64,000 nucleotides of DNA from Thainema sp. (lineage in GTDB: Bacteria > Cyanobacteriota > Cyanobacteriia > Phormidesmidales > Phormidesmidaceae): contig JBQLZK010000001.1 of NCBI GenBank assembly GCA_052168235.1, positions 1-64,000 of the forward strand, read 5' to 3'. Shown here in pieces: positions 29,068-42,994 of this stretch. Each line of letters starts with the position of its first letter. Position 1 is the stretch's first letter. The notes under the pieces were generated by a model. That model was not told where the DNA came from, searched no databases, and saw only the letters and a list, made by a program, of their open reading frames with translations. The position numbers were made by a program, and so were the translations under genes.

Positions 29068-29999
29068 TATTCGTATTTCTCCTGGAAGCGACGAACAAAC
29101 CAAAAACTGAAAGTATTCAGCATTAGCGTGATGACAAACAGAGTTGTACCCACAGCAAATAGAGTGATGTAAGCAATACTGCCAACTGGAGCATCACCTA
29201 GACTTACCTGCACAATAAATGCAGTCATGGTCATCACAGCGACCCGTGGATCGAGGGTGAGTAGCGGGCGCGCACCTGCTGCTAGCGTCACAATCATCGT
29301 TTCACCGATCGCGCGTGAAACGGCCAAAATAACAGAGGCCACAATGCCAGATAGCGCGGCAGGCAGTACAACGTTGATAATTACCTCACGCTTTGTTGCA
29401 CCCAGCGCATAAGCACCCTGGCGCATGCTTTGTGGAACTGAATAGATGGCATCCTCACTCAGAGATGCAACCAGCGGCATGATGGCAATACCCAGCACTA
29501 ACCCAGCGCTCAGAGAATTAAATGTTTCCAGACCGGGCACAATTGGCCTCAGTAACGGGGTTACAAACGTCAGCGCAAAGTAACCATATACAACTGACGG
29601 CACGCCCGCTAACACCTCTAATGTTGGCTTTAACCACTTACGAATCTTGGCTGGTGCATATTCACTCAGACAAATTGCTGCCAAAAGCCCGAAAGGTAAG
29701 GCCACCAACATTGCGATCACAGTTGTCATCAAAGTAGCGCTGATTAACACTAAGATGCCAAAGTGTTTATCTGCAAAGAGAGGTGTCCACTGTGTAGCTG
29801 TCAAAAATTCAAAAATAGATACCTGCTTAAAGAACTCAAGCGTTTCAAAAGCAAGTGTCAGAATAATTCCGACTGTGGTGACAACTGATACAAATGCCGC
29901 CAAACCAAACAGGTATTTGATAATATTCTCAGTTAATTTGCTGGCCTGACGATTGGGTTTCCATAAGGTGGACTGATCAAAGGAAGGGTTACTTGTCAT
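29067..29999 (-). CDS. pstC: Phosphate ABC transporter permease
   Basis: LAGVPSVVYG, ALGATKRE, SRAIGETM. Confidence 0.96.
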   Translation of the reverse strand: MTSNPSFDQSTLWKPNRQASKLTENIIKYLFGLAAFVSVVTTVGIILTLAFETLEFFKQVSIFEFLTATQWTPLFADKHFGILVLISATLMTTVIAMLVALPFGLLAAICLSEYAPAKIRKWLKPTLEVLAGVPSVVYGYFALTFVTPLLRPIVPGLETFNSLSAGLVLGIAIMPLVASLSEDAIYSVPQSMRQGAYALGATKREVIINVVLPAALSGIVASVILAVSRAIGETMIVTLAAGARPLLTLDPRVAVMTMTAFIVQVSLGDAPVGSIAYITLFAVGTTLFVITLMLNTFSFWFVRRFQEKYE

Positions 30000-30385
30000 G
30001 ATCTGACGGATAAAACGACCCGAGCATATATACCATTTCTAATTGTTGGTGATGGACAGGGTTAGTTGTGCGATATACAGTCAGCACAATCCAACCTGCC
30101 TCTAAATTTTCGAAACCTGTATGGGCTTGGTATAAGCCGCTGATTTGGCAACCACTAATCTCAGGATAGATTGACACACCTAAAAGGTTGCTATAGATAC
30201 TCCTACCTAAAAAATGAACCGAAGTAAAGAATATTGCAGGGCATTTATGCTCTACGCAAACTCAACTGAGTTCACTGGGAAATAAGCTATGCCCTGCAAA
30301 TCAACCAATCACTGAGTCTTGAAAGACCGACAAAGATTTTGTAATCAAAGCCTCAGGTCTTCATCCAATGAATCTAACGAGCCCA

Positions 30386-31465
30386 TTACAGCACTTCACT
30401 GAGCTTGACACCTACCGTTGAGCCACCTGGGAAGGCGCTGCCAGTCTTGCGATCTTCTAGACGAGTTTGAGCCTTGCTGTAAATATCATCGGGCATTGCA
30501 ACATAGCCTGTTTCTGATACGTAATCAGAGTTTGCCGGATCCATATAGAAGCTGATAAACTCCTGTACCTCAGGCCGCTCTAATGCTGCAGTGCTGACAT
30601 AGATGAAAATTGGGCGAGCTAGAGGCTGGTACGTACCATCATTAACAGCGTCAGCACTGGGTGCAACACATCCTTCACCATTACTGGGATCTTCGTCATC
30701 AATGGCGACTGCTTTCAATGCGTCTTGGTTTTCTTCGTAGTAGGCATAGCCGAAGTAACCCAATGCCCCCGTATCGCCTTCGACTCCTTGAACTAGGACG
30801 TTATCATCCTCACTGGCAGTATAGTCACTGCGGCTTGCGCCTTCTTCGCCATTAACAGCATCAGTGAAGTAGTCAAAGGTTCCTGAGTCTGTACCGGGGC
30901 CGTATAGAGGCATGGGTTGATCTGGAAAATCGGGGCGGACTTGATTCCAGTTACTAAGGGTTGAGTCAGGAGCCCAAATTGCTTGTAGCTCAGCAACGGT
31001 TAAACATTCAGCCCAATCATTTTCGGGATTCACGACAACAGATAGTGCATCGTATGCAACAGGTAGCTCTACAAATTCTACTCCTGCGTCTGCACAAGCC
31101 TGAATTTCTTCTTCTGAAATTGGGCGAGATGCGTTAGAAATATCTGTTTCGCCAGCACAAAACTTTTCGAATCCGCCACCTGTACCTGAAACTCCTACGG
31201 TAGTCCGAACGTCAGGATATAGGGCGCGAAATTCCTCGGCCATTGCTTCACTGATTGGAAATACTGTGCTAGAGCCGTCAACTGCAATACTACCGCTTAG
31301 GTCAGAACCACCACCAGAGTTGCTTGCTGTTTCTGTGGAAGCCCCAGTGTCTCCACTGCCATCGGTTGTGGCTGTGTCTTGGCCGCCACAGGCCCCGATT
31401 ACGAATGCTAATGCAAGAGAGGAGGCCAATAGGCCAAAACGCTTAGAAGAAAATTTGGACAGCAT
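30386..31465 (-). CDS. pstS: Phosphate-binding lipoprotein
   Basis: Lipobox [30 protein letters not shown]. Confidence 0.96.
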   Translation of the reverse strand: MLSKFSSKRFGLLASSLALAFVIGACGGQDTATTDGSGDTGASTETASNSGGGSDLSGSIAVDGSSTVFPISEAMAEEFRALYPDVRTTVGVSGTGGGFEKFCAGETDISNASRPISEEEIQACADAGVEFVELPVAYDALSVVVNPENDWAECLTVAELQAIWAPDSTLSNWNQVRPDFPDQPMPLYGPGTDSGTFDYFTDAVNGEEGASRSDYTASEDDNVLVQGVEGDTGALGYFGYAYYEENQDALKAVAIDDEDPSNGEGCVAPSADAVNDGTYQPLARPIFIYVSTAALERPEVQEFISFYMDPANSDYVSETGYVAMPDDIYSKAQTRLEDRKTGSAFPGGSTVGVKLSEVL

Positions 31466-31522
31466 ACTACTTTTCCGTCTTGGGGTGTACTGATTTTACG
31501 TGCGTGTAAGCAAACAGGAAGG

Positions 31523-31555
31523 ATTATATCGTTGTGACGTAAAGAGAAGGTTAAG
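31523..31555 (-). promoter_or_regulatory. SphR/PhoB Pho box plus -10 element of the pstSCAB promoter
   Basis: Minus strand reads CTTAACCT-tct-CTTTACGT, then 8 nt, then TATAAT. Matches the cyanobacterial PyTTAAPyPyT repeat with a 3-bp spacer. Confidence 0.8.
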
Positions 31556-31930
31556 CATCTTGTATCGCAGATTACAGAAGCTTGAGTCAATCTGTAGATT
31601 GACCTCGCTAGTATCGGATGAACCCTTTCACCATCAAGCAAAGGCAGGATCGCAGGATCGTATACAAGACTGCACAAATAACCGCATTGCTTCGACTAAC
31701 GGCTATGGTTGCCTTGCTGTTTCTATTGATATAAATTCTGGGCTTTGTGACTGAGAATGACGCGACGCTAAACAGTTTCAGCTATTCTGGGTTGAATGGG
31801 TGCCTAGATTCTCAACAGGAGGATATCTTCTCTCAGACTAGCTCGATCAGCTTCTATGTTCTGGCACATAGCCCAGCGTAAGCTGCCTCACTCCTCATTT
31901 GTATGTGAACAAATCGTGAGCAATTTCGAT

Positions 31931-32965
31931 ATGCCATCCGCTGTTCAACAATTCAAGCGCCTAATTTCTGCAACTAAGCCATACCTCCGGTGGGTTATTG
32001 CAGGTTTTACGATTTTCTTTGTTCTGTCTACGCTGCATCAAAACTGGCAAGAGGTGACCACGCTTGAAATTAGCCAGGCCGGATGGTTGGCTTTATTTGT
32101 AGCCTTTGGGGTCATTCTGTTTGCATTGATTTGGTCAGGCTGGGTGTGGAGTTGGATCTTCCTTGATTTTAATCAATTGGTGGGGGGAACGTGGAGCGTT
32201 CCTGTCTATGTCAAAACAAATTTAGCGAAGTATATTCCGGGCAACGTTTGGCATTTTTATGGTCGAATTACGGCGGCAAAGGCTGTGGGGATTCCGCTTG
32301 GGACATCAATGTTGAGTGTTCTCTTTGAACCAATGTTGATGGCTGCGGCTGCGCTATTGGTTGCCTCTAGTATTCACGCAAGCAAGATTGGCCTGTGGTA
32401 TCTGGTCTCGATTGGCATCTTAGTCGGGCTGCATCCTAAAATTGTTAATCATGTTCTTTTTTATCTAAAGCGGGTAAAAGAGCGGAAGTCGCCGATTCAG
32501 GGTGATTTCGACAACTTTATCCGACTTCACCGTTATCCTTGGCGTCCACTGTTGGGAGAAGTGGGCTTTATCGTGCTGCGGGGAGTAGGATTTTGTTTGA
32601 TCTTTATTTCGCTGTATTCGGTTGAATGGGATCAGTTTCCTGTCTTGCTGGCTAGTTTTAGTTTGGCTTGGCTAGTCGGATTTATTGTGCCAGGTGCGCC
32701 GGGTGGAATTGGTGTATTTGAGGCCATATCGATTTGGTTGCTGAGGCCGATATTTCCCATTGGTACAATCTTAGGCGCGATCGCACTTCATCGATTTATC
32801 AGCGTCATGGCCGAGATTTGTGGTGCGGGTATAGTTTTCCTTGATGAATACTGGAATGACCGTACAACACAAATCTCATCTCAGATTCCAATTAACCCGA
32901 TCAAGCGGCCTGATCTTTCCGCTGAATCACCTGACTCGGATAATCCCAATCGACCACTTCCCTGA
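31931..32965 (+). CDS. Lysylphosphatidylglycerol synthase TM-domain (flippase-like, UPF0104) protein
   Basis: TNLAKYIPGNVWHFYGR and VPGAPGGIGVFE motifs; polytopic. Confidence 0.85.
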   Translation: MPSAVQQFKRLISATKPYLRWVIAGFTIFFVLSTLHQNWQEVTTLEISQAGWLALFVAFGVILFALIWSGWVWSWIFLDFNQLVGGTWSVPVYVKTNLAKYIPGNVWHFYGRITAAKAVGIPLGTSMLSVLFEPMLMAAAALLVASSIHASKIGLWYLVSIGILVGLHPKIVNHVLFYLKRVKERKSPIQGDFDNFIRLHRYPWRPLLGEVGFIVLRGVGFCLIFISLYSVEWDQFPVLLASFSLAWLVGFIVPGAPGGIGVFEAISIWLLRPIFPIGTILGAIALHRFISVMAEICGAGIVFLDEYWNDRTTQISSQIPINPIKRPDLSAESPDSDNPNRPLP

Positions 32966-33267
32966 GGCGAACTTTGTTCTGCCGTCATTCTGCTTTGTCC
33001 TTTGTAAGAAGGAGTTTGGGACGATCAGAGTTGATTACGTTTTGTCGAACTGATGCGATCGCATCCTTCTCACATCAGTACTCTCGCAGCAATCTTCTAC
33101 GTAGTTGTTCCCGATCGGTCTACTAGTTATAGCTTAAGCATATAAAAACAATGTAATTTGGCAATGGGTGGACTTAAAGGAACTGTAATTTTACAGAGAT
33201 TCTCCTTTGCAGGTCTGAAAGTTACATGCATATATAGGAGAAGTCTACCTACACAAGTTGTAATAGC

Positions 33268-34251
33268 ATGCTGGCTCCTAATCTTATGCGGCCCGATATC
33301 TCGATTGTCGTTCCGATTTATAACGAAGTTGAAAGTATTCCACATCTTGTTGATGCGATCGCATCCAGTGTACGAAACCAGAATATTAGTTACGAAATTG
33401 TCTGTGTAGATGACGGTTCATCTGATGGTTCAACGGAAGTGTTGCGCTCGATGGCACGGGAGCGGGATGACCTCCGAGCCATCCTGTTGCGGCGTAATTA
33501 CGGTCAAACGCCTGCAATGGCGGCTGGATTTCAATACGCTCAGGGCAACATCATTGTCACAATGGACGGTGATTTGCAGAACGACCCAACCGACATTCCC
33601 CGCCTACTAGACAAGATTTATGAAGGTTACGATTTAGTTAGCGGCTGGCGCAAAGAGCGTCAGGACGATGCGTTGACGCGTCTGTTGCCTTCTAAAATTG
33701 CCAACTGGATTATTGGTCGCGTTACCGGCGTCAAGCTGCATGACTATGGCTGTTCTCTGAAAGCCTATCGTGCCGAACTCGTTGCAGACATGAATCTCTA
33801 TGGAGAGCTACACCGCTTTTTGCCAGCGCTAGCCTTCATTGAAGGAGCAAGAATTACGGAAATGCCCGTGCGCCACCATGCCCGTCGATTTGGCAGCAGC
33901 AAATATGGCCTCGGTCGCACGTTCCGCGTGGTCATGGACTTGCTGACCATCTTCTTCATGAAGAAGTTTTTAACCCGTCCCATGCACGTCTTTGGTATTG
34001 CAGGTTTAGGATCGCTGGTGGTGGGTACGCTAATTGGTATTTATCTCACTATCCTCAAATTGGGCTTTGGCCAGTCGATTGGCGATCGCCCCTTACTGAT
34101 CTTGGCCGTTTTGATGGTTGTAGCTGGTATCCAAATTTTCTGTTTTGGCTTACTGGCAGAATTGCTTATGCGGACCTATCACGAGTCCCAGAATCGCCCG
34201 ATTTATCGCGTGCGTGAGGTGATTGAAGGTGTCCGGACATCTGTTAAGTAG
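33268..34251 (+). CDS. GT2 polyprenyl-phosphate glycosyltransferase (GtrB/ArnC-like)
   Basis: VVPIYNE, VDDGS, RNYGQ, MDGDLQNDP, two C-terminal TM helices. Confidence 0.93.
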   Translation: MLAPNLMRPDISIVVPIYNEVESIPHLVDAIASSVRNQNISYEIVCVDDGSSDGSTEVLRSMARERDDLRAILLRRNYGQTPAMAAGFQYAQGNIIVTMDGDLQNDPTDIPRLLDKIYEGYDLVSGWRKERQDDALTRLLPSKIANWIIGRVTGVKLHDYGCSLKAYRAELVADMNLYGELHRFLPALAFIEGARITEMPVRHHARRFGSSKYGLGRTFRVVMDLLTIFFMKKFLTRPMHVFGIAGLGSLVVGTLIGIYLTILKLGFGQSIGDRPLLILAVLMVVAGIQIFCFGLLAELLMRTYHESQNRPIYRVREVIEGVRTSVK

Positions 34252-34519
34252 CAGCTTGGTGGGCACATCTTGAGCAGCTACAGCATCCTATTGCAACAAC
34301 CAACCTGACAGACACTAGATTTTTGCAGCTAACTGCTAATCTACCTGGGGAGCCTGGCGAGGACGTTGAACTCGCAGGCTCTTTTACTGCATTAATGGCG
34401 AATTGATAGCGATGTTCAAGGTTCTAACCGTATCGTAAGGAGCGAATTGAATCTGGGAAGACTAAGAGAACTTACTGAGAAACCTGCTTCTCTGTGTTCC
34501 CATACGTTACGTCTTCATC

Positions 34520-35929
34520 ATGAATATGAATCGCCGTCAATTTATTGCTTTGGCTGTATTGTCTGCGCTCCTGACAAATTGCCGCAATTCCTCTAGGCAA
34601 CTTGAGCAAAATACCAGTCCGGATCATTCAGCTAATCCAGGCACGACTCATTCAGAGGCTACAGGTTTTGATTGGCGACGCTTTGAGGGTGCAGAGATTA
34701 CGCTATTTCTTGATGATCATCCTTGGACAGATGGAGTCCGTCCCTATCTCAAGGATTTTGAGGCGTTAACTGGCATTAAACCCAACCTGCAAGTTGTGCC
34801 AGAACCAGCTTATTTCGAAGAAATGGAGACAGCAATTCGGGGAAATCCATCGCTTGCAGATGTCTATTTTCTGCCCGTTGATTCTACGGCGTTCCGGCAG
34901 TGGAAGAATGATGTGGTGCGTCCACTCACGCCGTTTATCAGTGATGCGAGCCTAACAGCCTCGGATTATGATCTACTGGATTTTCCGGAAGGATTCCGCA
35001 TTGCAGGCATGTACCCGCCAGCTAGCCCAGACGCCCAACTGTATGGGATTCCAGCTACGTTTGAAGCGTATATTCTTTTCTATAACAAGGATCTCGTTGC
35101 TCAGTATCTTGATGGTAAGGTGCCTCAAACGATGCCAGAGCTGGTTACTGCCGCGCAGCAGATCAACCGGGCTGGCAACGGGCAGGTATTTGGTGCGGTG
35201 ATGCGGGGCATCCGGTCGGATGCCATTATTGATACGGTCACTGGCTTGGTGTTGAACAGTTGGGGGCAAGACCCGACACCTCTGCCCTATAACGTTTGGT
35301 TTAACAATGACTGGTCCAAGCCTCGGCTGAATGAGCAGCGGATTACAGAGGGGCTGACGTATTATGCTCAACTAATGCAGGCTGGGCCACCGAATATTCA
35401 ATCGATTGACTGGCCAGACGCCAATCAGCTTTTCCAAGATGGCAAAGTGGCTTTTTTTATTGATGCTAGTTTGTTTGGCCCCAGCTATGAGAACTCAGAG
35501 TCATCGAAAGTTGCAGGGAAAGTTGGCTATTCAACGCTACCAGCAACCGATCGGGGGTCGCTGACTGGTCACTGGCTGTGGGGTTTGGGTATTCCAAGCG
35601 GGGCGGCTCAACCTGAGGCGGCTTGGTACTTTATCCAATGGGCCACCAGTCAAGCGATGGAACCCAAAATTGGGATGAAAACGGGTGGTGCGCCTCGTCT
35701 TTCAACTTGGCTGAATAATGTGGACTACGCCAATGCGATGAATCCAGAATATGCGCTGGCCGTACAAACGGCGATGCAAACGTCCCGACCAACAGTAGTG
35801 TTTCGAGATAACTGGAGTGAAATGGCCTTTGCGATCGCAGATGCCATTCAGTCCATCTATGCGGGTGAAGCGCCTGCAACCGTTACCCAAACCCTCCAGC
35901 AGCAAATTGCCCTACTTGCCCAAGGATAA
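34520..35929 (+). CDS. Sugar ABC-type solute-binding lipoprotein (Tat signal)
   Basis: NRRQFI Tat motif, lipobox LTNC, LYGIP...LFYNKDL, AAWYFIQWATS. Confidence 0.88.
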   Translation: MNMNRRQFIALAVLSALLTNCRNSSRQLEQNTSPDHSANPGTTHSEATGFDWRRFEGAEITLFLDDHPWTDGVRPYLKDFEALTGIKPNLQVVPEPAYFEEMETAIRGNPSLADVYFLPVDSTAFRQWKNDVVRPLTPFISDASLTASDYDLLDFPEGFRIAGMYPPASPDAQLYGIPATFEAYILFYNKDLVAQYLDGKVPQTMPELVTAAQQINRAGNGQVFGAVMRGIRSDAIIDTVTGLVLNSWGQDPTPLPYNVWFNNDWSKPRLNEQRITEGLTYYAQLMQAGPPNIQSIDWPDANQLFQDGKVAFFIDASLFGPSYENSESSKVAGKVGYSTLPATDRGSLTGHWLWGLGIPSGAAQPEAAWYFIQWATSQAMEPKIGMKTGGAPRLSTWLNNVDYANAMNPEYALAVQTAMQTSRPTVVFRDNWSEMAFAIADAIQSIYAGEAPATVTQTLQQQIALLAQG

Positions 35930-38016
35930 TGAAAGCCCTCTTCTATCAATTGCGAGCCTTGACTTCGATTCGGACTCAAATGCTGTTGGGGTTTGGGGCG
36001 ATTCTGCTGTTTAACGGCATTAGCACTGCCATTGGCTACCTGAGCCTCCAGCGTTTGAAAACCAGTGCCCAAACCAATCTGGAATACGCCGCCCAGATCC
36101 GAGAACTCAGCCTGGAAATTCGTAATGAATTTCTGATTGCCCGCCAGTATGAAGAATCGTTTTTGAACCGCTGGCGCACGGCAGAATTTCAAGAGCAAGC
36201 CAGCAGCTTTGTAGACACCAATCAGCAATATTTGAGTCAGTCTAGAGACAAGATCGATCAGTTAGAAGCAATTTCCCACGACACCGAGGCGTTTGCCGCT
36301 GAAATTGATCAGTTACGGTCACTCCTCAACAACTACGAATCTGCTTTTCAGGCCACTTTGGCGCGGATTAAAACCGACCATACCAATCTTGGATTTGAAC
36401 AGAGTCTAGACGATAGGGCGCAAGCCATCCAGCGCCAAATCCAGAGCCAAAATAATCCGCAACTGCAAAGTTTGTTCTGGCAAATTGTGGCTAGCGAACA
36501 AGCTTACTTCAATACGGGCGATCAGCAGCATGTGGATAATGTGCGGCTAGTGGGTAATCGGCTCAAACGGTTGGCGACTACGACGGGTGATCCGGCCACA
36601 GGCCAACTGGTTGAAAGTATCAATCGCTATCTTGCCGATTTTGATCAGATTGTGACGCTGGATCAGCGAGTGCAGGTCAATACGCTGCTGTCGCAAAGTG
36701 TGACCCAGGAAATTGACCAGCTAACCCAGCAGATTAGCGATCAAAGTCAGCTCGGTGTTGAACAGGCCCGCAACCAGCTCCAGCAAATTGCCATTCAAAG
36801 CCGCATTGCGCTGCTGACGACCGCAGTGTTAGCCTTTACAGTGGCCGGACTAGCGAGCTTGCTGCTGACGCGGCGGATTCTGCGTCCGCTGAACCAACTT
36901 GCGATCGCAGCTCAGCAGATGGGCGAGGGCAAACTGCACACTCGGGTTGACATGGCCGGAGATGATGAATTTGCCGTGGTGGCGCAAATCTTTAACCAGA
37001 TGGCGGCTCAGCTCCAGAGTACGCTGGAAGATTTGGAGCAGCGCGTTCGCGATCGCACCCTCCAGCTATCGCAGACCAATCATGCTCTGAAAGAGAAAAC
37101 TGAGTATTTAGAAAAGACACTGCATGAACTGCAGCAGATTCAACTGCAGCTAATTCAAAGCGAAAAAATGTCGAGTTTGGGACAGTTAGTCGCCGGGGTG
37201 GCCCACGAAATCAATAACCCGGTCAACTTTATCCACGGCAATCTAGCGTATTTGGATGAATATGCCAATAATCTGGCCTTTGTCTTGAATCGCTATCAGG
37301 AGCGGTTTCCAGATCCAGGCGAAGATATTGCCCAACTCTTAGATGAATATGACGTAGAGTTCATTCAGCAGGATTTGAATAAACTGTTAACATCCATGCA
37401 GGTTGGCACCGATCGGATCAAAGAAATTGTCTTGTCTCTGCGCAATTTTTCTCGCTTGGATGAATCTGAATCCAAATCTGTTGATCTACATCAGGGCTTA
37501 GATAGCACACTCCTCATTCTGCAAAACCGCCTAAAGGGCAACTCTCATCGTCCCCAAATTGAGGTGATCAAAGAATACGGTAATCTGCCAGCAATTAGCT
37601 GCTATCCTGGTCCGCTGAATCAGGTGTTTATGAATCTCCTCGCCAACGCGATCGATGCGCTAGACGAAAAATTTGCCGAGACGCAGGCTCCAGATCCCAG
37701 TTCAGAACCACCGACTATTCGCATTTATACATCCGTTATCCATGAGCATCAGGGCAATCAGCCGTCGCAGCCTTTTGTGCTGATTCAAATGGCCGACAAT
37801 GCAGGTGGCATGCCGCCCCACGTTCAGGCTCACCTGTTCGATCCGTTCTTCACCACTAAACCCGTGGGACAGGGCACAGGTTTGGGATTATCAATTAGCT
37901 ATCAAATCATTACCGAGCAGCATCATGGTCAGCTCCGCTGTCAGTCAACCGTTGGTGAAGGTACACAGTTTAGTATCTTGCTACCCTTTGAGGACAGTGG
38001 GTCTGACGTTGGCTAA
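35929..38016 (+). CDS. Membrane sensor histidine kinase (periplasmic helical domain, HAMP, HisKA, HATPase)
   Basis: Two TM helices, HAMP, AGVAHEINNP, NQVFMNLLANAIDA, FFTTKPVGQGTGLGL. Confidence 0.93.
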   Translation: MKALFYQLRALTSIRTQMLLGFGAILLFNGISTAIGYLSLQRLKTSAQTNLEYAAQIRELSLEIRNEFLIARQYEESFLNRWRTAEFQEQASSFVDTNQQYLSQSRDKIDQLEAISHDTEAFAAEIDQLRSLLNNYESAFQATLARIKTDHTNLGFEQSLDDRAQAIQRQIQSQNNPQLQSLFWQIVASEQAYFNTGDQQHVDNVRLVGNRLKRLATTTGDPATGQLVESINRYLADFDQIVTLDQRVQVNTLLSQSVTQEIDQLTQQISDQSQLGVEQARNQLQQIAIQSRIALLTTAVLAFTVAGLASLLLTRRILRPLNQLAIAAQQMGEGKLHTRVDMAGDDEFAVVAQIFNQMAAQLQSTLEDLEQRVRDRTLQLSQTNHALKEKTEYLEKTLHELQQIQLQLIQSEKMSSLGQLVAGVAHEINNPVNFIHGNLAYLDEYANNLAFVLNRYQERFPDPGEDIAQLLDEYDVEFIQQDLNKLLTSMQVGTDRIKEIVLSLRNFSRLDESESKSVDLHQGLDSTLLILQNRLKGNSHRPQIEVIKEYGNLPAISCYPGPLNQVFMNLLANAIDALDEKFAETQAPDPSSEPPTIRIYTSVIHEHQGNQPSQPFVLIQMADNAGGMPPHVQAHLFDPFFTTKPVGQGTGLGLSISYQIITEQHHGQLRCQSTVGEGTQFSILLPFEDSGSDVG

Positions 38017-40215
38017 CAACGCTTCAGCTTCGGCAACGTTGAGGGGACGAGCAAATAGATAACCCTGGCCAAATTCGCAGCCCAACTGCTGGAGTTGCTG
38101 AAGCTGTTCATCAAGCTCGATTCCTTCTGCGGTCACGTCCATCCCTAGCGTATGCGCAAGGGCCGTAATCGCTCGCACAATCTCAAAGCTGTCGGGATCA
38201 ACGTGCATCCGACTGACAAAGGAACGGTCGATTTTGAGGTTATTAATTGGAAATCGACTTAGGTAGCCAAGAGACGAATAGCCAGTGCCAAAGTCGTCAA
38301 TACTGATTTGAATATGTCGCTGGCGAATTTGCTGCAGCGTTGCGATAGTCGCTTCTGTATGCTGCATGAGCGTACTTTCGGTAATCTCCAGCCGCAGCGT
38401 TTCTCCCGATAGACCAACATCTTGCAAAATTGCATCCAGTGTTTTGACCAGTGTGGGTTCGCATACTTGCTGACTGGCAACATTGATGTTGAGTTTGAGC
38501 TGATGATAGCCGTTAAACTGCTGTTGCCACTGATGAATCTGACGGCAAGCCTGCTGCAAAATCCAATTTCCTAATGGGATAATCAAACCTGTTTCTTCGG
38601 CAATGGTAATAAATTCGTCCGGTCGGATCATGCCTTCTAGCGGATGCTGCCAGCGCACCAGCGCCTCGAATCCCAAGATAGACTGGTCGTTGAGCGAGAT
38701 AATCGGTTGGTAGTGGAGCTGAAATTCCTGGCGTTCTAGGCCAAGCCGCAGATCATTTTCAAGCTGTAGCCGCCGCATGGTTTGGGCATACATCTCTTGG
38801 TTAAACAGCTCGTAGCCGGACAGGTGAGTTTCTTTGGCTCGATACATGGCAATATCTGCATCGCGCAGTAAATCGGAGGCAGAGGGGTATCGATCTGTCG
38901 CCATTACAATGCCAATACTAGAGCGGATAAAAACGGTATTGCCATTAATCTCGATGGGTTGACTCAATTCGGCCCGAATCCGCTCAACCCAGTGAATTGC
39001 GTCAGAGGTACTGCGAATTTCGTCTAATAAAATGGTGAATTCGTCCCCTCCCAAGCGAGCCACAGTATCGGCTGGTCGAATGCACTGCAGCAGCCGATTC
39101 GCTACTTCGATTAACAGACAGTCTCCGGCTCTGTGCCCCAAGCTGTCATTTACAACTTTGAACCGATCCAAATCAATGAACAGGATGGCGAAGGTGTAAT
39201 CTGGATGGCTCTTTTTGCGGCGGAGGGCCCGTTCAATGCGCTCGATAAAAAGCGTGCGATTGGGGAGTTGGGTCAACGCATCGTGGAGTGCATCGTGGAT
39301 GAGCTGCTGTTCGACTCGTTTGCGATCGCTAATATCAGAAATAATCCCCTCGATTCGAATGGGCGTTTCGCTATCGGCGATCACCAGTCGGCTCCGATTT
39401 CTGACCCAGCGAATTCCGCCATCGGAGCCGAGAATGCGATGTTCAATATCAAGATTGCCTCGCACGGTGAGGGCTTTGATAGATTCCTGCACCTCGGCTC
39501 GGTCATCCGGATGGATCACCTCGAACCAGAGAGCGGGATTCGTCAGGAAGTCTTTGACTGGACGTTGATAGACCGTGGCGGCAGCGGGATTGAGATAGAG
39601 TACGTGAAACGGCTCAAAGGAGGCCGACCAGATTACGTCCTGAAGCGTGTTTAAGATTCCCTCGAGTCGTTCTTCGCTGGCCTTGAGCTGCTGATTGACC
39701 GCTTGAAGCTGCTGCGTGCGCTGCTGCACACGTTGCTCTAGTTCGTTGTTTAGCTGATCGAGTTTGGTTTGAGCCAGTTTTAGCTCAAGTTGGTTTTTGA
39801 TGCGAGCCAGGACTTCCTCCACTTGAAACGGTTTAGTGATGTAGTCTGCGCCACCGACCGAAAACGCTTTGACTTTGTCAAATGCAGCATCTGACGCACT
39901 AATGAAGATCACAGGAACGGCTTGAGTTCTGGGATCAGCCTTCAACCGCTGACAAATGGTATAGCCGTCCATATCCGGCATCCGGATATCCAGCAGAATC
40001 AAATCGGGCATTTCTGCTGCCATTGCCTGGAAGGCGATTGGCCCACTTTTAGCGCAGCGCACGTCATATTGGTGTCCGGCAAGCGCCGCCGATAAGGCCC
40101 GCAAATTGTCAGGAGAATCGTCAATGACCAGGATCTTCTGTCCGCTGGGTGCTGGGGCTAGATCGCTGTTTCCGTTTAGGTTGTGATGAGCGGTATCAGG
40201 AATGAAGTGATGCAT
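37981..40215 (-). CDS. REC-PAS-GGDEF-EAL protein
   Basis: LILLDIRMP, PAS (HPDDR), ARLGGDEF, FEALVRW, DDFGTGYSSL. Start placed at MHHFIPD. Confidence 0.93.
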   Translation of the reverse strand: MHHFIPDTAHHNLNGNSDLAPAPSGQKILVIDDSPDNLRALSAALAGHQYDVRCAKSGPIAFQAMAAEMPDLILLDIRMPDMDGYTICQRLKADPRTQAVPVIFISASDAAFDKVKAFSVGGADYITKPFQVEEVLARIKNQLELKLAQTKLDQLNNELEQRVQQRTQQLQAVNQQLKASEERLEGILNTLQDVIWSASFEPFHVLYLNPAAATVYQRPVKDFLTNPALWFEVIHPDDRAEVQESIKALTVRGNLDIEHRILGSDGGIRWVRNRSRLVIADSETPIRIEGIISDISDRKRVEQQLIHDALHDALTQLPNRTLFIERIERALRRKKSHPDYTFAILFIDLDRFKVVNDSLGHRAGDCLLIEVANRLLQCIRPADTVARLGGDEFTILLDEIRSTSDAIHWVERIRAELSQPIEINGNTVFIRSSIGIVMATDRYPSASDLLRDADIAMYRAKETHLSGYELFNQEMYAQTMRRLQLENDLRLGLERQEFQLHYQPIISLNDQSILGFEALVRWQHPLEGMIRPDEFITIAEETGLIIPLGNWILQQACRQIHQWQQQFNGYHQLKLNINVASQQVCEPTLVKTLDAILQDVGLSGETLRLEITESTLMQHTEATIATLQQIRQRHIQISIDDFGTGYSSLGYLSRFPINNLKIDRSFVSRMHVDPDSFEIVRAITALAHTLGMDVTAEGIELDEQLQQLQQLGCEFGQGYLFARPLNVAEAEALLANVRPTVLKG

Positions 40216-40342
40216 AAACCCTAATCGTGTAAGCAAAAAGTATGCCGAATTTGCTGGTGCAAGTTGTGCTGGGGAGGCGCTGAAGCTTGAGTTAGCTGGA
40301 TGATTTGTGATGATTTGTGCCCGGTTGGACGCATAGACTGGA

Positions 40343-42994
<2,652 letters not shown>

